From the NCBI RefSeq assembly GCF_030684315.1, contig NC_081396.1:5394001-5458000 (forward strand): a stretch of 64,000 bases of DNA, read 5' to 3'. A program made the position numbers and the translations under genes. The DNA is from Stegostoma tigrinum. Taxonomy: Eukaryota. Below are positions 10,845 to 24,965 of the stretch, piece after piece. The stretch's first letter is position 1; each line of letters opens with the position of its first letter. The notes beneath the pieces were generated by a model. The model searched no databases. It had not been told where the DNA came from and saw only the letters and a list, made by a program, of their open reading frames with translations.

Positions 10845-12859
10845 GTTGTTAAATGGACACTGTTTTCGAAATTTATGCAACGATTTTATAACAATTTTGA
10901 AGAGGATTACGACAGACTTATGGTTGTGTTGTACGTTAAAATTACATCCAGTAGTTACTCAAGCCAGTTCAGCCATATTTCACAATCTCTCACAGCCAAC
11001 ATACTGGTAATCATAATTCTGTTATGAAAACAGTGCGGATTCTCATGGTGCACGCCAATTATTTGGCAGGGATAACTACCTCCAAGGAAGTCTTATGACT
11101 TATTGAAACACATTTGTCACCTATTCTCCGTTCCTCCTTCTTCTGTTGTTCAAAACTTTGACTGTCAGATACATCCTGGCGGCCAACAAGGTCTGAAGAT
11201 AGAGACCTGGGGTACATTGAGCTTCGGAGACCCAGAGATGTTCAACCCTAAGAGTCACCTTGAACTGCTCCTCATTATTGTGTTCAGCTTCCTCATTCAA
11301 TTGATCACGCACTTCGGAGTGTCTCAGCGTGATAGGCTCTTTAGCACTCAAAATTGAATAACATTTGTACATTCATGCTTCTCCACTGCAGATATCAACA
11401 TTACATTCTCCAAACTTGACATCCATTGTCGTTTAAACTCTGAAATATGAAACTACCAGAAGTTGCCTTTTTAAGGATGAAATGTGAACGTATAGTGATC
11501 ACTATTTTAGATTTCCAGTGATCCAAGCCATTTCATTTCATACACATATCTTTCCCTCCTTTCCTCCTTCTCTCTCAATTGCCAATCTTCTGTCACTCCC
11601 TTCCTACATCTTCCTCATTCACGACTCAGGACTATTGCATGTGCTTACCTGAACCTCTCACATTGTCCTTCATTTTCACACCAGCCTGATGAAAAGCCCA
11701 TTATGCACTCCGCAGTGATCTCTATTTCATGTCATGTCTGGATCGTACAACCTGTGCCACTCTTGATAAAGTTCAGAATTAGTTTATGTCTTTCACAGTT
11801 TCAACAGCTCCAGAGAACTCACTACGCTCCACCACCCTCACACTCCCATGCGCACACATTCTGCACCGAAAGTTAAATTTCAAATTCCACCTTTCCTCTA
11901 CAAACTATGCTCCTGCCCGAGAACATTAACTATGGTACACATTCAACAGGTGTGATTGTACGTTTTCTACTCTCCCACTGTGAATATTCTTAATTGGGTC
12001 AGGATAGTGGTGGATTCAGACAAGGAAGGTACATCAATTTTCAGTCTCTGAAATTGCATATGTCTGGTCTTCATCAGTGAAAGTTATATTATTATGAGGA
12101 GAAACTGTCGTTCCTCCATTGCAAGTATTGTGGACATCATTATTGTTATCTATTTGTTTCGAGTCACACTAGTTAATGTAAAATACATTTAATTCTTAAA
12201 ATGTGTGCCATATATTCTTGCGAATTGAAAATCTCCAGAAAGTCTGTTGCTTATTGTTCACGCTGAAGTAAAAGTGGGAGTATTGGAGGTTCCATTATTC
12301 AGAAAGGATGAAAGAAAAACTGAAAGGTAGATTTCAACACATACCTTTAATTTTCATGGAAAGTCAATTGAAATAAATAGTTGTAATGAGAAGTTACAGA
12401 CTTGAAACGATAACTCTGCTTTCTCCCCACAGCTGCTACCAAATCAATTGATTTTCACCAGCAATTTTTATTTTGTTTCAAGTCTCCAGCATCCAGAGTT
12501 CATTGTTTTCTTATCATGGCACAGAGATAATCAAAAAAGACAATTAATGATAATTCTTACGGTACAATTGAAAGATTGTGAATTTAAAAGCTGATTTTGA
12601 CAAAATCCATTTTTTGTTCACACATTGCAACTATTTGACGAAGTATACGACTTTAAACTTTTCTGTGCAGCATCGGATGCACAGTTTGTTCCCACACCTG
12701 AGACACCCAAAAGAAAATGGTTACAACATTCAAGTTGCATCCCAGCTGCATTGTCTGAAAAAGGGTCTAGGCCCCAAATGTCAGCCTTCCTGCTCCTCTG
12801 ATGCTGCTTGGCCTGCTGTGTTCATCCAGCTCGACATCTTGTTATCTTTTACAAGATAA

Positions 12860-14170
12860 GAAACTGTGATGCCCTGGCAGAACTCAAACTTGCATTCAAT
12901 GAGCAAGTTATTGCTGAGTAAGAACTGCTTGATAGCGCTGTCGATGCTACCTTGCACCACTTTCCGTATGATCACGGGTAGACAAGTGTGTTGGTTGTGT
13001 GTGCAGGGCAGAGATGGGAATTTTTTCATGTTGTCAGTTGGATGACTTCTTTGGAATTGTACTAGAAAAGCTTGGCCACGGTAACGGGATATTCTGGAGT
13101 ACATTTCTTCAGGACTATTACCAGAATGGTTTCAGGTCTCATAGCCTTTTCAGTATCTGTTGCCCCCAACAATTTCTTGATATCATGTGGAATGTATCTA
13201 AGTGACTGAATAAAGGCATCTGTGATGTTTGGGACGACTGGAGGAGGCGAAATGGAGGGTTGTAGTTTATAGTGGAAGCTTCAAATTTATATTCTGGACC
13301 GACGTGCTGGACTCCCCTATAGTTGAGGCGAGGGGCCTCAATCTCCAGTGAGCTTTTTTAAAAAGCCCACCACCATTTACAACTGGATGTGGCAGGTGTG
13401 GTTATTTGTTAATGGGGTCCTTTAGCGCTGGCTATCACTTGCTCCTTCTGCCATCGAGCACACAAATAGCCCTGTTTTGTAACTTCACTAGGATAACATC
13501 GTGCTTTATGTGTTACTGATGCTCCTTCCATGCCCCTTGCATTCTTCATTTAATTAGGAATGATCCCTTTACTTGGTGATATGAGACAGTAGGGAAAATT
13601 CCGTGCCATGGCAGTACAGATTGCATTGGATTTTGTTCCCACTGATGGCCCAATTTGTCTTACGGGTGCCTAGTCTTGAGTTGGTAGATCTGTTCGAAAT
13701 CTGTCCCATTCAGCACAGCAACAATGCTGCTTCACATAAAGGAGGGAATTCTCAATGTGAAGTTGAAACTTCTTCGCCAGATGGATTGTGCAGCAGTTGC
13801 AATGGGCAGTAGTGTTGTGGACAAATGTTTTTGCAGTAGGCAGATTCGTGATCAAGTATGTTTGTTGTATTAGTTTCCCTGGGATCTGCAGCAGACCTTG
13901 CCTAACAAATAAATCCTTTAGGAGTTAATTAGTTCAATAATTAGAAGGGCTGCCGAACCACGCTTGCTGTGATATTGCAGGTCTCCCAGGCAAAGTGAGT
14001 TCTGTCCCTTTGACATTCTCAGTGCATCCTCTAAGTAATCTTCAATACGGAGCAGCACTAGTTCGTCAGATAAATGGGTGAAGAATGATAACAATCAGAA
14101 GCTTTCCTTGCCCTCGTATTATGTAATGCCATGAGACATCAGATGCCTGGAGTCAATGTCATTTAGGAGC
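12860..14170 (-). mobile_element. Decayed non-LTR (CR1/L2-like) LINE fragments
   Basis: Minus-strand peptide ...LPVIIRKVVQGSIDSAIKQFLLSNNLLIECKFEFCQG resembles RT domain 1-2 (IxKxxExxIxxxIxxHLxxNNLLxxxQFGF). Confidence 0.55.
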
Positions 14171-14730
14171 TCTTTCTTGTGTTTCCAGTTTACCAAGAAG
14201 ACTGAAACGTTTGCACATTTGCCAGAGTTAGCATGTGATAGTTCGACCTCAGATACCCTCCCACTTAATCTAACAGCAATTCTATGTTTTTCATCGTTGA
14301 ATCTCAGACAATTCTTAAGCAACATTAATGCATTAGAATGTAAAACTCTGCCAAAGCATTCACAAAAATGACTGCCAAGTGAACAGAATTGTTTAGAATG
14401 TGGCAGATATAAGAATAGTTGCTTAAGATTAGAGATAGAAGCTCCACTCAGTTATGTCAGCAAGGCCACTTGATGAAAAGCAAAAATATGGTTTATCGGT
14501 GGGGAATTTCTAGCCACCAGTTAGCTGACAAAGGAAAGTGAAGTACCAACCCTCCCATTGATTCAAGTGAATGGCATGAAATGTTGGACTAATGTGCTTG
14601 TTCACTGAATTGTAACTGAGGTGTATGGTGCAGTTTAATTATTCCTCTGAAGACTGTCATTTGAAATAAATGAGAGATACATTGAATGCGCCACTGAGAC
14701 GAGGGATACAGTTTTAACTTCTTACAGATG

Positions 14731-17700
14731 ATGCACTGACGAGCGAAAAACCTCTTCTATGCCATTTGCTATCCTATTCAATCTGTAATAGACGCTCCAG
14801 GTAAGGAATAGATTCCTAATAAGTCAGTGATTCATTTTTTGCAATTAGTTGGAAATTGTAGTGCTGTCATTTCAAGATTGGCTAAACCTTCACAATAATA
14901 ATCGGCATTGTATGAAAGAAGAGGGACACCAGCCCATGCATTGTATTTTATTGTGCTGTGCTATTCTAATTAGCATGCATTAACTGAGCGCAATTCGGTG
15001 AATAGACATATATGATTCTATGTATTTTTCAGTACATTTATAAAAATGTACTTTTAATAGTTTGATGAAGTATACATTGTATACTATGTGATGTGAAGTG
15101 AACATAATTCTGTATTTTATTCAGGTTTTGGCACAATTCTCCTTTTGAGGAAATACACTAGCCTCTACTTGAGAACTCTGCATAATAATCATTCACTACA
15201 TAGTAAATCAACAGCTTTGCTGGTATTATCAATGAATCAAAAATGGACTATAGCAGTGTATTCATTACTTTTTAAAATGCGAACAGCAACTTTTTAATCT
15301 CTGTCGGATGTGGATCTGTCTAGCTGGACTAGCAGTTAATTACCCATCTCTAATTGCTTCTTGAGGAAGTGGTGGTGAGCTGCCTTCTTGAACTGTTGCA
15401 GTCCATGAGATCCACAGTGAAGTTAAGGAGGACATTTCAGGATTTCTATCCAGTGACAGTGAAGAATTTGCATCATATACTACATTCACAGATTATACTA
15501 CTCAGCAGTGCAAATCATGGGCAGGATTGAATAGTTCCAATGTAGAACGTTGCCTTTTGGCAGTCTCCATTTTTGACGTGATTTAATTGATTATTTGCGG
15601 ACAGATATGATTTAGTGGTGAGTGGATTAATGTGTTTTGTATTGTACTGATACATTTTGAGCATTTAGTTTCATTGACGAGAATTACATGTAGTTATAAA
15701 TAACAGAAAATTCCTGTTACTTGCAAGCGTAACATTTGTTGCTCATCACTAATTTCCATTTGAGAAGGTGTGTCTGGACTTGCTTCTCAGCCCATTCGAG
15801 TGTGTAAGGTCGGGATTTTTTAAATCTAAATTTGATGATACCTAACATATGGGACTATCAAAGCAAATGAACAAAAAACATCAACAGCACATCATTGAAG
15901 AGCGTCCCGAAGAAGACGAGACAGGTGGGGACGTTGATTTAGTGACCTCCAGAAATCGGGGTGAGTCAGCTTTAAAAGCTGATGAAGGAATTAGTATAAA
16001 ATTGCAGCCATTCTGAGAACAGAGGCAGTTGCATAATGTAAACTGGGTAGAATTGTCAGGGCTATGAATGTATTTGAAACTTCCAAAAATAAGATTACCC
16101 AAACTGCAATTTTTCCTGATGGGAGAAAATGTAAATCAATGAAAGTTAGGTTGGTTAAACAGCAACTTTTAAAGATGTCTTGTGGGATTTGAGCCTTCCA
16201 AGCTGTGCCAACAGATAATTGCCTACCTCTCGATGTCGTTTGAGTATGTGGCAGTGAGCTGCCTTCTTGAGCCACAGCAGCCCGTGAACTGTATGTCAAT
16301 CCACAGTGCATTAGGGAGGAAATGCCAGGAAAATCGGCCCAATTACAATGAAGGAACAATAATATAATCCAAGTCAGGATGGTCAGTGGCTAGAGGGGAA
16401 TTCCCAGGTGTCTGCTTCCCTTGTCCTTCTAGATGAAAGTGTTTATGTGTTTGAAGTTGTTGTCTGAGGATCTCGTGATTTTCTGCAGTGCCTCCTGTAG
16501 ATGGTGTCGCTAATGAACATCAATGGAAATGGATACTTCTGGATGTCGTGGCAATAAATCAGTTTACTTTGTCCTGGATGATATTAATTTTCTTCAGTGT
16601 TGTTGCAGTTGCATGCATTGATTCAATTGGTGCGTCTTCTGTCACACTCCCAAATTGTGCCTCGTCGATCGTGGGCAGACATTGAGGATTCAAGAAGTGA
16701 ATTATGTGCTGCAGGATTCTGAGCTGCTGACCTGCTATTTCAGTGCTTCATTTATGTGTCTGGTCCTGTTCAGCTTCTGGTCAGTGGTAACACCCGGGAT
16801 GTTAACCGTCGAGGATTTAAATTGGATATCTGGCCACTGATATTGACTGAGAGACAACGAAGTGGTTTTCATGGTGGAGAAACAAAGCGTTCTTGTATAC
16901 ATTTTTTTTTCTTTTGAGAAACGTCGCCTGAACTTTGGAAACTGAAAAATCGTCAATTGGAACAACCAGCGTTTGGAATGGAAACGTGATTGAACAGAAA
17001 ATTTTCAGTAAAATTCGGTATCAGGCGGGAATGCATATTTGGAGACCACTTGTTGATGTTGTTCGCCATTCATCTCTCACAGCCAATTTTGTGGCGATTG
17101 CGATCATATCCCAAAGACATTTAAGTCTGTCCCTCTGTGTCACCTACTAACTGATAGCCATAGCCGCGTCATCATCACTGGGTGCATCCGCAACCACATT
17201 AGACGTATTTATTTTAGCTACAGTGTATTCTCGACAAAATGCTGCCTCAGTGCTACACTGGTCTATACTCAGTCTGGCCTTCACCATTTACAATTTTGTA
17301 GCCTTCAACTGCCAGATTCTGAAAACTAGATACTGCATTGAAAAAAAACTGCTCCAGTGATTATTGGAATAATAGGTGATCTGAGCTGTGTCAAGAAAAT
17401 CCAGTTGTATTTCATCTGCCAGCCTTTGTACATCGTGGACATCGTGCCGTGGTTTTGTGGTATCAAGTTGACCTTCCACACCTCACCCGCCCAGCAGACA
17501 TACAACTGGCTTGACCGCATACTTTCTCCCATTCCTTCTTATTCTGCTGTTCAATGTCTTGAATATGATGCGTATCTTAGCTGCAGGTAGAGCCCGTAAG
17601 AGCCTGTGGGTTTCTGAAAATGGTGGAGACTCAGACCGCAAGAGGCTCATTGCCCTGTTCTTTGCCATCTCTTCAACATTTTGCTCTGAAGGGCCACGTA

Positions 17701-17920
17701 CTTTGCACCATTCCTGTACAGAATTGTTATGGGTGACGAGTACATCTCAAGCCTGGGATTCAGTAACTTGCAGTAAATTCTTCAAGGGGTGAACGACATG
17801 TTCCAGTTACTTGGTTATTGAAACAGCATCTCTATTTGTGTGGTGGGGCAGGACAAGTTTAACAAGGAGTTGAAGAAGATACTGGTGTGTCCGTTCACCA
17901 GGATCATTTTACGTAATGAA
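14731..17920 (+). pseudogene. Shark GPR139/142-like GPCR pseudogene 2 (near full length)
   Basis: Exon 1 (14731-14800) MH*RAKNLFYAICYPIQSVIDAP G|GTAAGG. Exon 2 from 17083: ANFVAIAIISQRHLSLSLCVTY*LIAIA, then frameshifted pieces ...FVAFNCQILKTRYCIEK, ...YNWLDRILSP/FLLILLFNVLNMMRILAAGRARKSL...RKRLIALFFAISSTF and ...KFNKELKKILVCPF. Confidence 0.85.
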
Positions 17921-18699
17921 CAATGCTGCATGTAGGACCTTTTTCAATCCCATCAATCTGGCCCAATGGGGGCCAGGTCTTTCAATCTCTTAATCGTGTT
18001 AAAAAAACACCTCATCTTCCAGCTTCTGCATTTAGAGTTATAAGGCCTATTTCCTTCTTTGCAATCCGAAGGAATGGTGAATTATCTGAGCAGTGGCCTT
18101 CATGATGTGATCTCAAACCATGGAATATATATTGGTGCCACCATTTCAGGAATCAACTGGAAGAATACACTTTCTGCTTTTAGTTTTTATTATAACAGGA
18201 AAATACATATTTTGCAGGGAATTTTTTTTCTGGACTCCAACTCACTGCACGAAGTTTGAAATAAAAATTGAGTAACGGACCGTTTGAATTTTCCCTTATC
18301 AGAGGCAACAGTGATGCTGTTGCAGTTTGCCTTGTGTTTACATTGTCTCTCTCCAAGCTTCTGAAAGGAGAGAAAGTAAAATGTTACCTTGTTGGGAACG
18401 ATAAATTGAAGAAATTTTTCATGCTGTATCATAACTTATACTGATTGGTTAGTCAGCAGAAATATTCCAGGTTAAAGTCACATGAGGTGAGCATCTTGTT
18501 GAAACCTCTGGTACCCTGAAATTGCTCTCTCATATCTCAAGTTCTCTTTACCTCTTTAAATCAATTTTCGCTCACCTTTGGACCGTGGAGTGATTCATCC
18601 TGGTCCCGGTTCTTCTTTGACTTCTCTACTCGTTTACATTTGTAGAAAGTGAGGCCGAAAAGCTGTAATTTTTTAAAATCTGTGATTGACAACACCACA

Positions 18700-19010
18700 C
18701 TGGCTTTACAACACCAGTGGCTGGGGCTCGATTCCCAGCTCAGGTGATTGTTTATGTTGGATTTTACAAGTTTCTCCTCCATCCCCACCGTATCTATGTG
18801 CGCTACTTTTCTCCCAAGTGCAAATATGTGCATGTTAGTTGTATTTACCACGCTAAATTACCCATCGCGTTCAGGCATGTGTCGGTTGGGTGCATTAGCG
18901 ATGGAACAATATAGGGATACAGGGATAGATCTGACTTGGAAAATGTTCGGAGGGTTTCTATGGACTTGTTGAGCTGAAAGGCCAGCTTCCACACTGTGGG
19001 GATTCTACTT
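18700..19010 (+). mobile_element. HE1-type shark SINE (decayed)
   Basis: tRNA-like head, then ...GCTAAATTACCCAT... and tail TGGACTTGTTGAGCTGAAAGGCC...TTCCACACTGT. Confidence 0.65.
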
Positions 19011-19389
19011 GAAAAAAACAACACTTGGTCCTCACAATTTCTCTTCCTCAGTAAAGTTCCAATATTCTCGAAACGGTTGCATCTGCTGTTCCTTCAGCTA
19101 TTTCTCATACTTTCACAATTATCAGTATACACAGTTTTAGATTCTTTTCCGATGAATATCACAGAATTCTGTGTTTTCCCGAGATCTGATTTGCTTTTCC
19201 CATGTGGAGACACTGGAGAATGGAATGCCTGATCAGTGTTGCCATGGCTACTTGTCAGCAGTTTCTAACTCACATCGAACCATGCATAAAGTCTCTCAGC
19301 AGTGTCAACTTGCTGATGTGTCACCAGGTGTGATGAGTGAACAAAACTCTTCGCAGACTTTGTGCAGGTGAACCCTTTGGTGTATAGAT

Positions 19390-19670
19390 AGATTGGATGG
19401 CAGCGTGAATCACTGAGGTTGTTGATTTCTTGGCTGAGCTGGTATGTTGGTTTGCAGATGTTTTATCACCATACTAGGTAGCATCATCAATGCACTTCCG
19501 ATGCATATTTGATCTGTCGGTTGTTTATGTGTTTCAGTCTGATGTGTTGGTTGACCACACCTCGGGTTCGGCTTCGTAGTGGTTGGTAAATGGACTCTTT
19601 TCCCACATGTTTGTTGATGAATTTCCTGTTTGACCACAAAACATCTTTGGTTGAATGGCTGACTGGCAAT
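19390..19670 (-). mobile_element. Penelope-like 3' fragment
   Basis: Similar to 54490-54780; minus-strand ...WSNRKFINKH... resembles the GIY-YIG tail. Confidence 0.5.
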
Positions 19671-22419
19671 TAAAAGCTGATGTTAACAAGTGAGTTCGTT
19701 CCTACCTGGGCTGAGGTTGCCATGAGTTACCCTACTTCCCAACATCAACTTGGTCATAGTGACACACACGGTTATCTGCCACTAGTAGTCTCTGTCTCAC
19801 AACAGGTCAGCCCTATTGCCTGTGTGGACAATTTGGATTTCGACTGCTCCCACTTCCCTTCCAGGCAGCACATTCCAAACTACACAAATTGTTACTCTCA
19901 AAGGGGATTGCCTCACTTAGTTTATTTCCTAATCATCTTAAATATGCGAATACAAGTCAGTTTGCCACCAGTACTTGAAATGTTTTCTATTATTCACAAA
20001 ACAAAGCTCACATTCCTGAAACGATATTCCACAAAACAACTGATGATTTTGAAAACGTGAATGAAATCGCCTGTAATCTTGACTGATCTTCAGAGAACAT
20101 ATTTGGCTGGCCTAGCTTCTCACAAAGGTCTAGTCAGTGAGCGCTGGTACTGTTGTAATCAATCGCCGATCCAGACCTCATTAATAAGGTTTAGTGTTTG
20201 CAAGTGAGCACAATATTTCTCATCAGCAGTACTGAAATGTTTGGCATAACATTTTTATGCTTTTGCGCATTGCGGGTTACAATAAAGCCAGACATGACTT
20301 ATAAACAGCAATCTCAACCTCACCAGCCATTTGGAAAGACTAGTGTGCATGCACTTAATGATATTATGAACCTATTTAGAAAAGCACATATTTTACATGC
20401 GTGCCATATTGCTTCTCCCCATTAACCTACCAAAATGCACCAATTACAACTCCATCTGAAAGAAAAAATAACCTCAAACATGTTTGACAAGTAAACTCAA
20501 CTGTTGATATCCCCCTAGCTTCAGCCACTTCAGTATTAATTAACTCTCAATTACATATCAGCTGTAATTTTGAAATTGAACTATGTGTGTACTGTATGAC
20601 CATACTGCAGCTTGCAAAAAATAATTTTGTTCTGAAGAGAAGTTGTCATGCAGAGGCTGTAACTTCTATCTAAGAAAGTAAACAACGTGTTAGGCCTTTG
20701 AGATGCTTTTAAAATTGGAAAAATGAAAACAGTCTGAGTTTGGCCAGCTCTCACAGACTAGGCTCTCCAGTATTTATTTTTAGTTTATAGGGTCAGCTTT
20801 AAGCAGAATCTATCAGAGGTGCAAGTTTCAGTGAATCACTGAATCGCTATTTCATATTCATTTTAGTCTCTGAATTTCATCTTGATTTTATTTTTCGACC
20901 TGAATTGGAATACGACATGTAAGAATCTGTGTCTGAATTTTCCTTTTTGCAAAGCGGTGTGTTTAAGGGATGTTACTATGTTGGATCAGTTAATTATTGA
21001 TTCTTATTTCATCTATTATACTGTAAAGTTTTTCAACCGAGTTAATTCATTCCAAATTTCCTTTTCTTTGTTTGTATTTAAATAAGTTGTGTTGCTTTAC
21101 GTGAAATAGTTTGACCAGTTGCATTGCATCTGAGAAACTTTATCTTTGCCTTTAAAATAAGAAAAGTTGAGGGTGTGGCCTCATTTCTGAAAACATGTTG
21201 TGGGGGCCTCGTCTGGTCCATAACATATGCGAACCTCGGGACATCAACTTGAATGTTCAGTTACATTTGTACAACTACACCACAATCCCACTTCCTTCTA
21301 CTCTCTCCCCATCTTTCCATCTATCCATTCATCCCATCTTGAATTCATTTTACACCCATTCGTTCATCCATCTATCCATTTATTCTATGTTACTCGCAAA
21401 ATCCTGTAATAAGCATTTTTTTCTGTGTGAACATGTAATCTTCTTTCAACAAAGAAACACCTTGTAGAATGCAAGTGCCAGTTAGAACTAAATAGCTCTC
21501 TGGTTTTCTGAACGAGCCCCAACAGACCCCATGGAACCCTTTGGCCTTTTTATTCCTTGACCTTTCGATTCTCCTCAAAATTGTTTTAAAAGTCAGCAGT
21601 CATTCAACTTTGGATAAATCCGCTGTTTGGAAATGAATACCTAGGCAGAGAATTTCAATATCTGATGTTGTCAATCGCTATTTTTTCCCCCTTAACAAGG
21701 TGCGTAGGCTAAGTTTCTTGTTCCAGACTAAAATGAATATGAAATAGCGAGGATGTGCTAATAACGAAATTAACATATTGAGCAAAAAGGAAGTCTTTAT
21801 AATGTGTATCATGGGATTCAGACCAAGCCATACCAAACGAGAAAGACAATCAATTTCAATGTGATGGATATCAACTTTAGACTCAACAATGAACATCGTT
21901 GCCGAGGTTCTACATTAATTGGGACACCTTTGTGTTTATCCACCATGGTTATCAGAATTAATGTTGTCGACTTGATGATCCAATGATCTCTACTCAGAGT
22001 GGACACTGTTTTTTTTTTCTCTCTGAACTGACAGGCGCTTCAATTCTTCAAGAGATGAAATATGTAATAAAAAGGGTTCTTCGGCATTTTCTGTCAGAAA
22101 ATTGGATTTGGAGGCTACAGACAGGAATAAACTTGTATTATCCTTGGAAATGATAAACCTGCGAATAAACAATTGTGAAACAACGATAAGATATAAAATA
22201 AATCATTCATGTCGTGCCTCTCACAATGAAACCATTCACCAAAGATCCTTGCAAGGGAGTCGTGTGAACATCGCAACGCGAGTTACAGAACAATGTTTTC
22301 ATAAATATGTAGAGAGGAAAGAGATTTTTTAGAGTCAGTCAAAGTTAAAGCAATAGGCTACTACAGCACTCAAAAGGGACCTCAGACCTATTGCGTCAAA
22401 GAGAGGCAAAATAACAGTC

Positions 22420-22930
22420 TAACTACTCTAATCCCCACTTTCCAATATGCCTTTGTTTCGCAAGTCACATCTGTGTACTTCATAAATGTTATTAGTCTTT
22501 CCGCCTTGTCTACCCTTAGAGGCTATGAAATCTACTTTGCCCACTAGTCTGTCGGTGAAAACATTTTCCATGTCTTCCTCTAAGGTCTGTTGCCCTTGAC
22601 CCAAAATATATGCCTCTCGCCATTGATTCTCCAAGGAGAAAAGTTCCTCACTGACGACATAATCGATAACTTTTATAATTTTAGTCATTTCAATCAGAGA
22701 CGTCTTCAAACATCGCTGCTCCAAAGAAAACAGCCCCACACTATCCAATCTCTCTTCATAACTGAAACTCTCCAACCTAGACAACAGCCTGTTTCATCTC
22801 TCCTATGCCACCTCCAATGTAATTATTTCCCTCCTATAATGCAATTCCACTATAAGCACAGCAATTTTGCTGCGACCTATACAATGTTTTGTGCATTTCC
22901 TGAATGACACCCTTGCTTTTAAACGAAATA
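22420..22930 (-). mobile_element. CR1-type LINE 3' fragment
   Basis: Minus-strand SYEERLDSVGLFSLEQRCLKTSLIEMTKII is the CR1 ORF2 C-terminal motif. Confidence 0.8.
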
Positions 22931-23761
22931 CCAGGGATAATAAAGTCACGTATCCTTAATATGTCCTTACCCTCTTCATTTACCAGTCCTTCTACATTAA
23001 GGGGCTGGCACACCACGGTTTGGCTGACCCTCAATCCTTCACAGGATATCAATTATTCCTTTGACTGTTTGTCCTTCCCAAGTACAAACCTTCACACCAG
23101 TCTGAATTGAATTCTATTTGCTATTGATCAACACATCCAATTTCCCGTTGTCAAGCATTGGTGAGACAACATCTGGAATATTGCGATAATTTTAGTCCCG
23201 CTTATTTGAGGAAGAATGTAGTTGTATCAAAGCCAGCTCATTCCAGATCCCTAGCTGCTCTTCAGAAGATGGAAGTCAGTTGTTTTCTTGAATTGTTGCA
23301 GTCCCTTTGCTGTTGATAGACCTGCAATGCCCTTAAGACTGTAATTCCAGGATTTTGATTGGGCGACTCTGATGGAGCAACGATGGCCCGTGGCTCGGAG
23401 GAGAACGTCAAGTACATGCATCTGCTGCTTTTGACCTTCATAATAGAACTGTTCATGTGATTAGAAGGTGCTGTGGAAGGATCTTTGGTAGATTTCTGAA
23501 GTACATTTGGTTAATTGCACACAGTGCTGCTCCTGAGTATCGGCAGTGGGGGTATGTAAGCTTGTGGCTTTGGTGTCAAACAAGGGGGTATGTGTTGTCC
23601 TGAATAGTGTCAATCTTCTTGAATGCTTTTGGAAACGCAATCATTCACACAGGTGGGGAGTATCCCATTGCTTTTCAATTTTATAAGACATATATCGGCA
23701 TTAGATAAACCAATTATTTTCGGAATCAATCTAGTAAACCTCCCGTGAACTTCCTCCACTT

Positions 23762-24290
23762 GAGGAGGAGGTTGCGGCTTGAGGTGGGAGGATGGGATTG
23801 GTGGGAGAATGGGCAGGTTATGGAGACAGAGACGAGCTCGGATGGCTTTGGGATCCGGCAGAGGGAGGAGAGATTTTGAAGCTTGTGAAGTCCACTGTGC
23901 TAACATCGGGTTGCAGGGTTCCCAAGCGGAAAATGAGTTGCTGTTCCTGCAATCTTCGTGTGGAATCGTTGTGGCACTGCAGGAGGCTCAGGATGGGCAT
24001 GTCATCTGAGGAATGGGAGGGAGAGTTGAAATGGTTTTTGACTGGGAGGTGCTTAGTGTGAACCGAGTGTAGGCGTTCTGCAAAGTGGCCCCCGATATGC
24101 AGGAGGCCACAGCAGGAACAGCTCATGCAGTATACCACATTAGCGAATGTGAAGGTGAACATCTGCTTAATGTGGAAATTCTTCTTGGGGCTTGGGATGG
24201 GGTTGATGTGGAGGTGTAGGGACAAGTGTAGCACTTCCTGCAGTTGCAGGAAAAAACTGCCAGGTGTGGTGGGGCTGGAGGGGAGTTCTG
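23762..24290 (-). mobile_element. Penelope-like GIY-YIG fragment
   Basis: Minus-strand ...FHIKQMFTFTFANVVYCMSCSCCGLLHIG...HLPVKNHFNSPSHS...RRLQEQQLIFRLGTLQP. Confidence 0.85.
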
Positions 24291-24521
24291 TGCTTTTCCA
24301 GCTTCATATCTTTTGACTCTGGCTTCAAGAATTTGCAGTCCTTGCATCTTCACTCCATGTCGCTGCATGTATTCTTTCACTGGATGCTCATGTAAGTCCA
24401 TCCAAGCAGTTACGGCTAATCTACCTGTTCTTCCCCTAATTTTTACCACTTTCTTTCCCATTGTATATTCCCTGTAATTGATCAATCTTTGCTTGCTGAC
24501 TCCCCTGAATGTTCCTCCCCA

Positions 24522-24965
24522 AGTCTCAATCTTTTCTTGCCTGCATTTTCTCACACGTAAAAACAAATAATTATCCGAGGTCAACACAGTGTGAAGCTAT
24601 GGGGACATAACAGTTCAGGCAGCATCAGAGGACCATTAAAGTCAATGTTGGGAGTCCGGTACCTTCGGCAGACCTATCTCCAATCATTTAAACTTATGAC
24701 CCACCATAGATGGCGATCTAATCTATTCCACGTCCTCGACGCAGATCGAGTCTCAATCTTTTTCCTGCTTGCATCTTCTCACACGTAAAAACATCTACTT
24801 ATCCTAGATCAACACAGTGAGAAGCTGGGTGAACATATCAGGCAGCATCAGAGCAGCAGTAAAGTCAACATTCGGAGTCTGGCCCCCTTCTTCAGACCTA
24901 TCTCCAAGTATTTATCCTGAAGGCCCACCAGATCGCGCTCTAATCTATTCCACTTCTTCGAAGTC
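24522..24965 (+). repeat. Diverged tandem duplication, about 226-bp unit x2
   Basis: AGTCTCAATCTTTT...TCTCACACGTAAAAACA...CAACACAGTG...CAGACCTATCTCCAA...TCTAATCTATTCCAC occurs at 24522 and 24748. Confidence 0.85.

Larger units (their letters stand above)
7492..11085 (+). pseudogene. Shark GPR139/142-like GPCR pseudogene 1 (truncated)
   Basis: Exon 1 at about 7492-7574 ends ...CSIITGITAP G|GTAAGC; exon 2 from 10996 (after TCTCTCACAG) reads ANILVIIILL*KQCGFSWCT, with stop and frameshift, then is lost. Same architecture as the copies at 14.7 and 35.7 kb. Confidence 0.55.

Noticed and set aside
20644-21225. Possible Gypsy solo LTR (TGTCATG...CATAACA)
   Set aside because: LTR-like composition, but no target-site duplication found and boundaries are uncertain.
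24584-24820. Two CACAGTG heptamers in the 226-bp duplication
   Set aside because: Part of the Penelope-terminus motif (AACACAGTGTGAAGCT); no nonamer at 12 or 23 nt.
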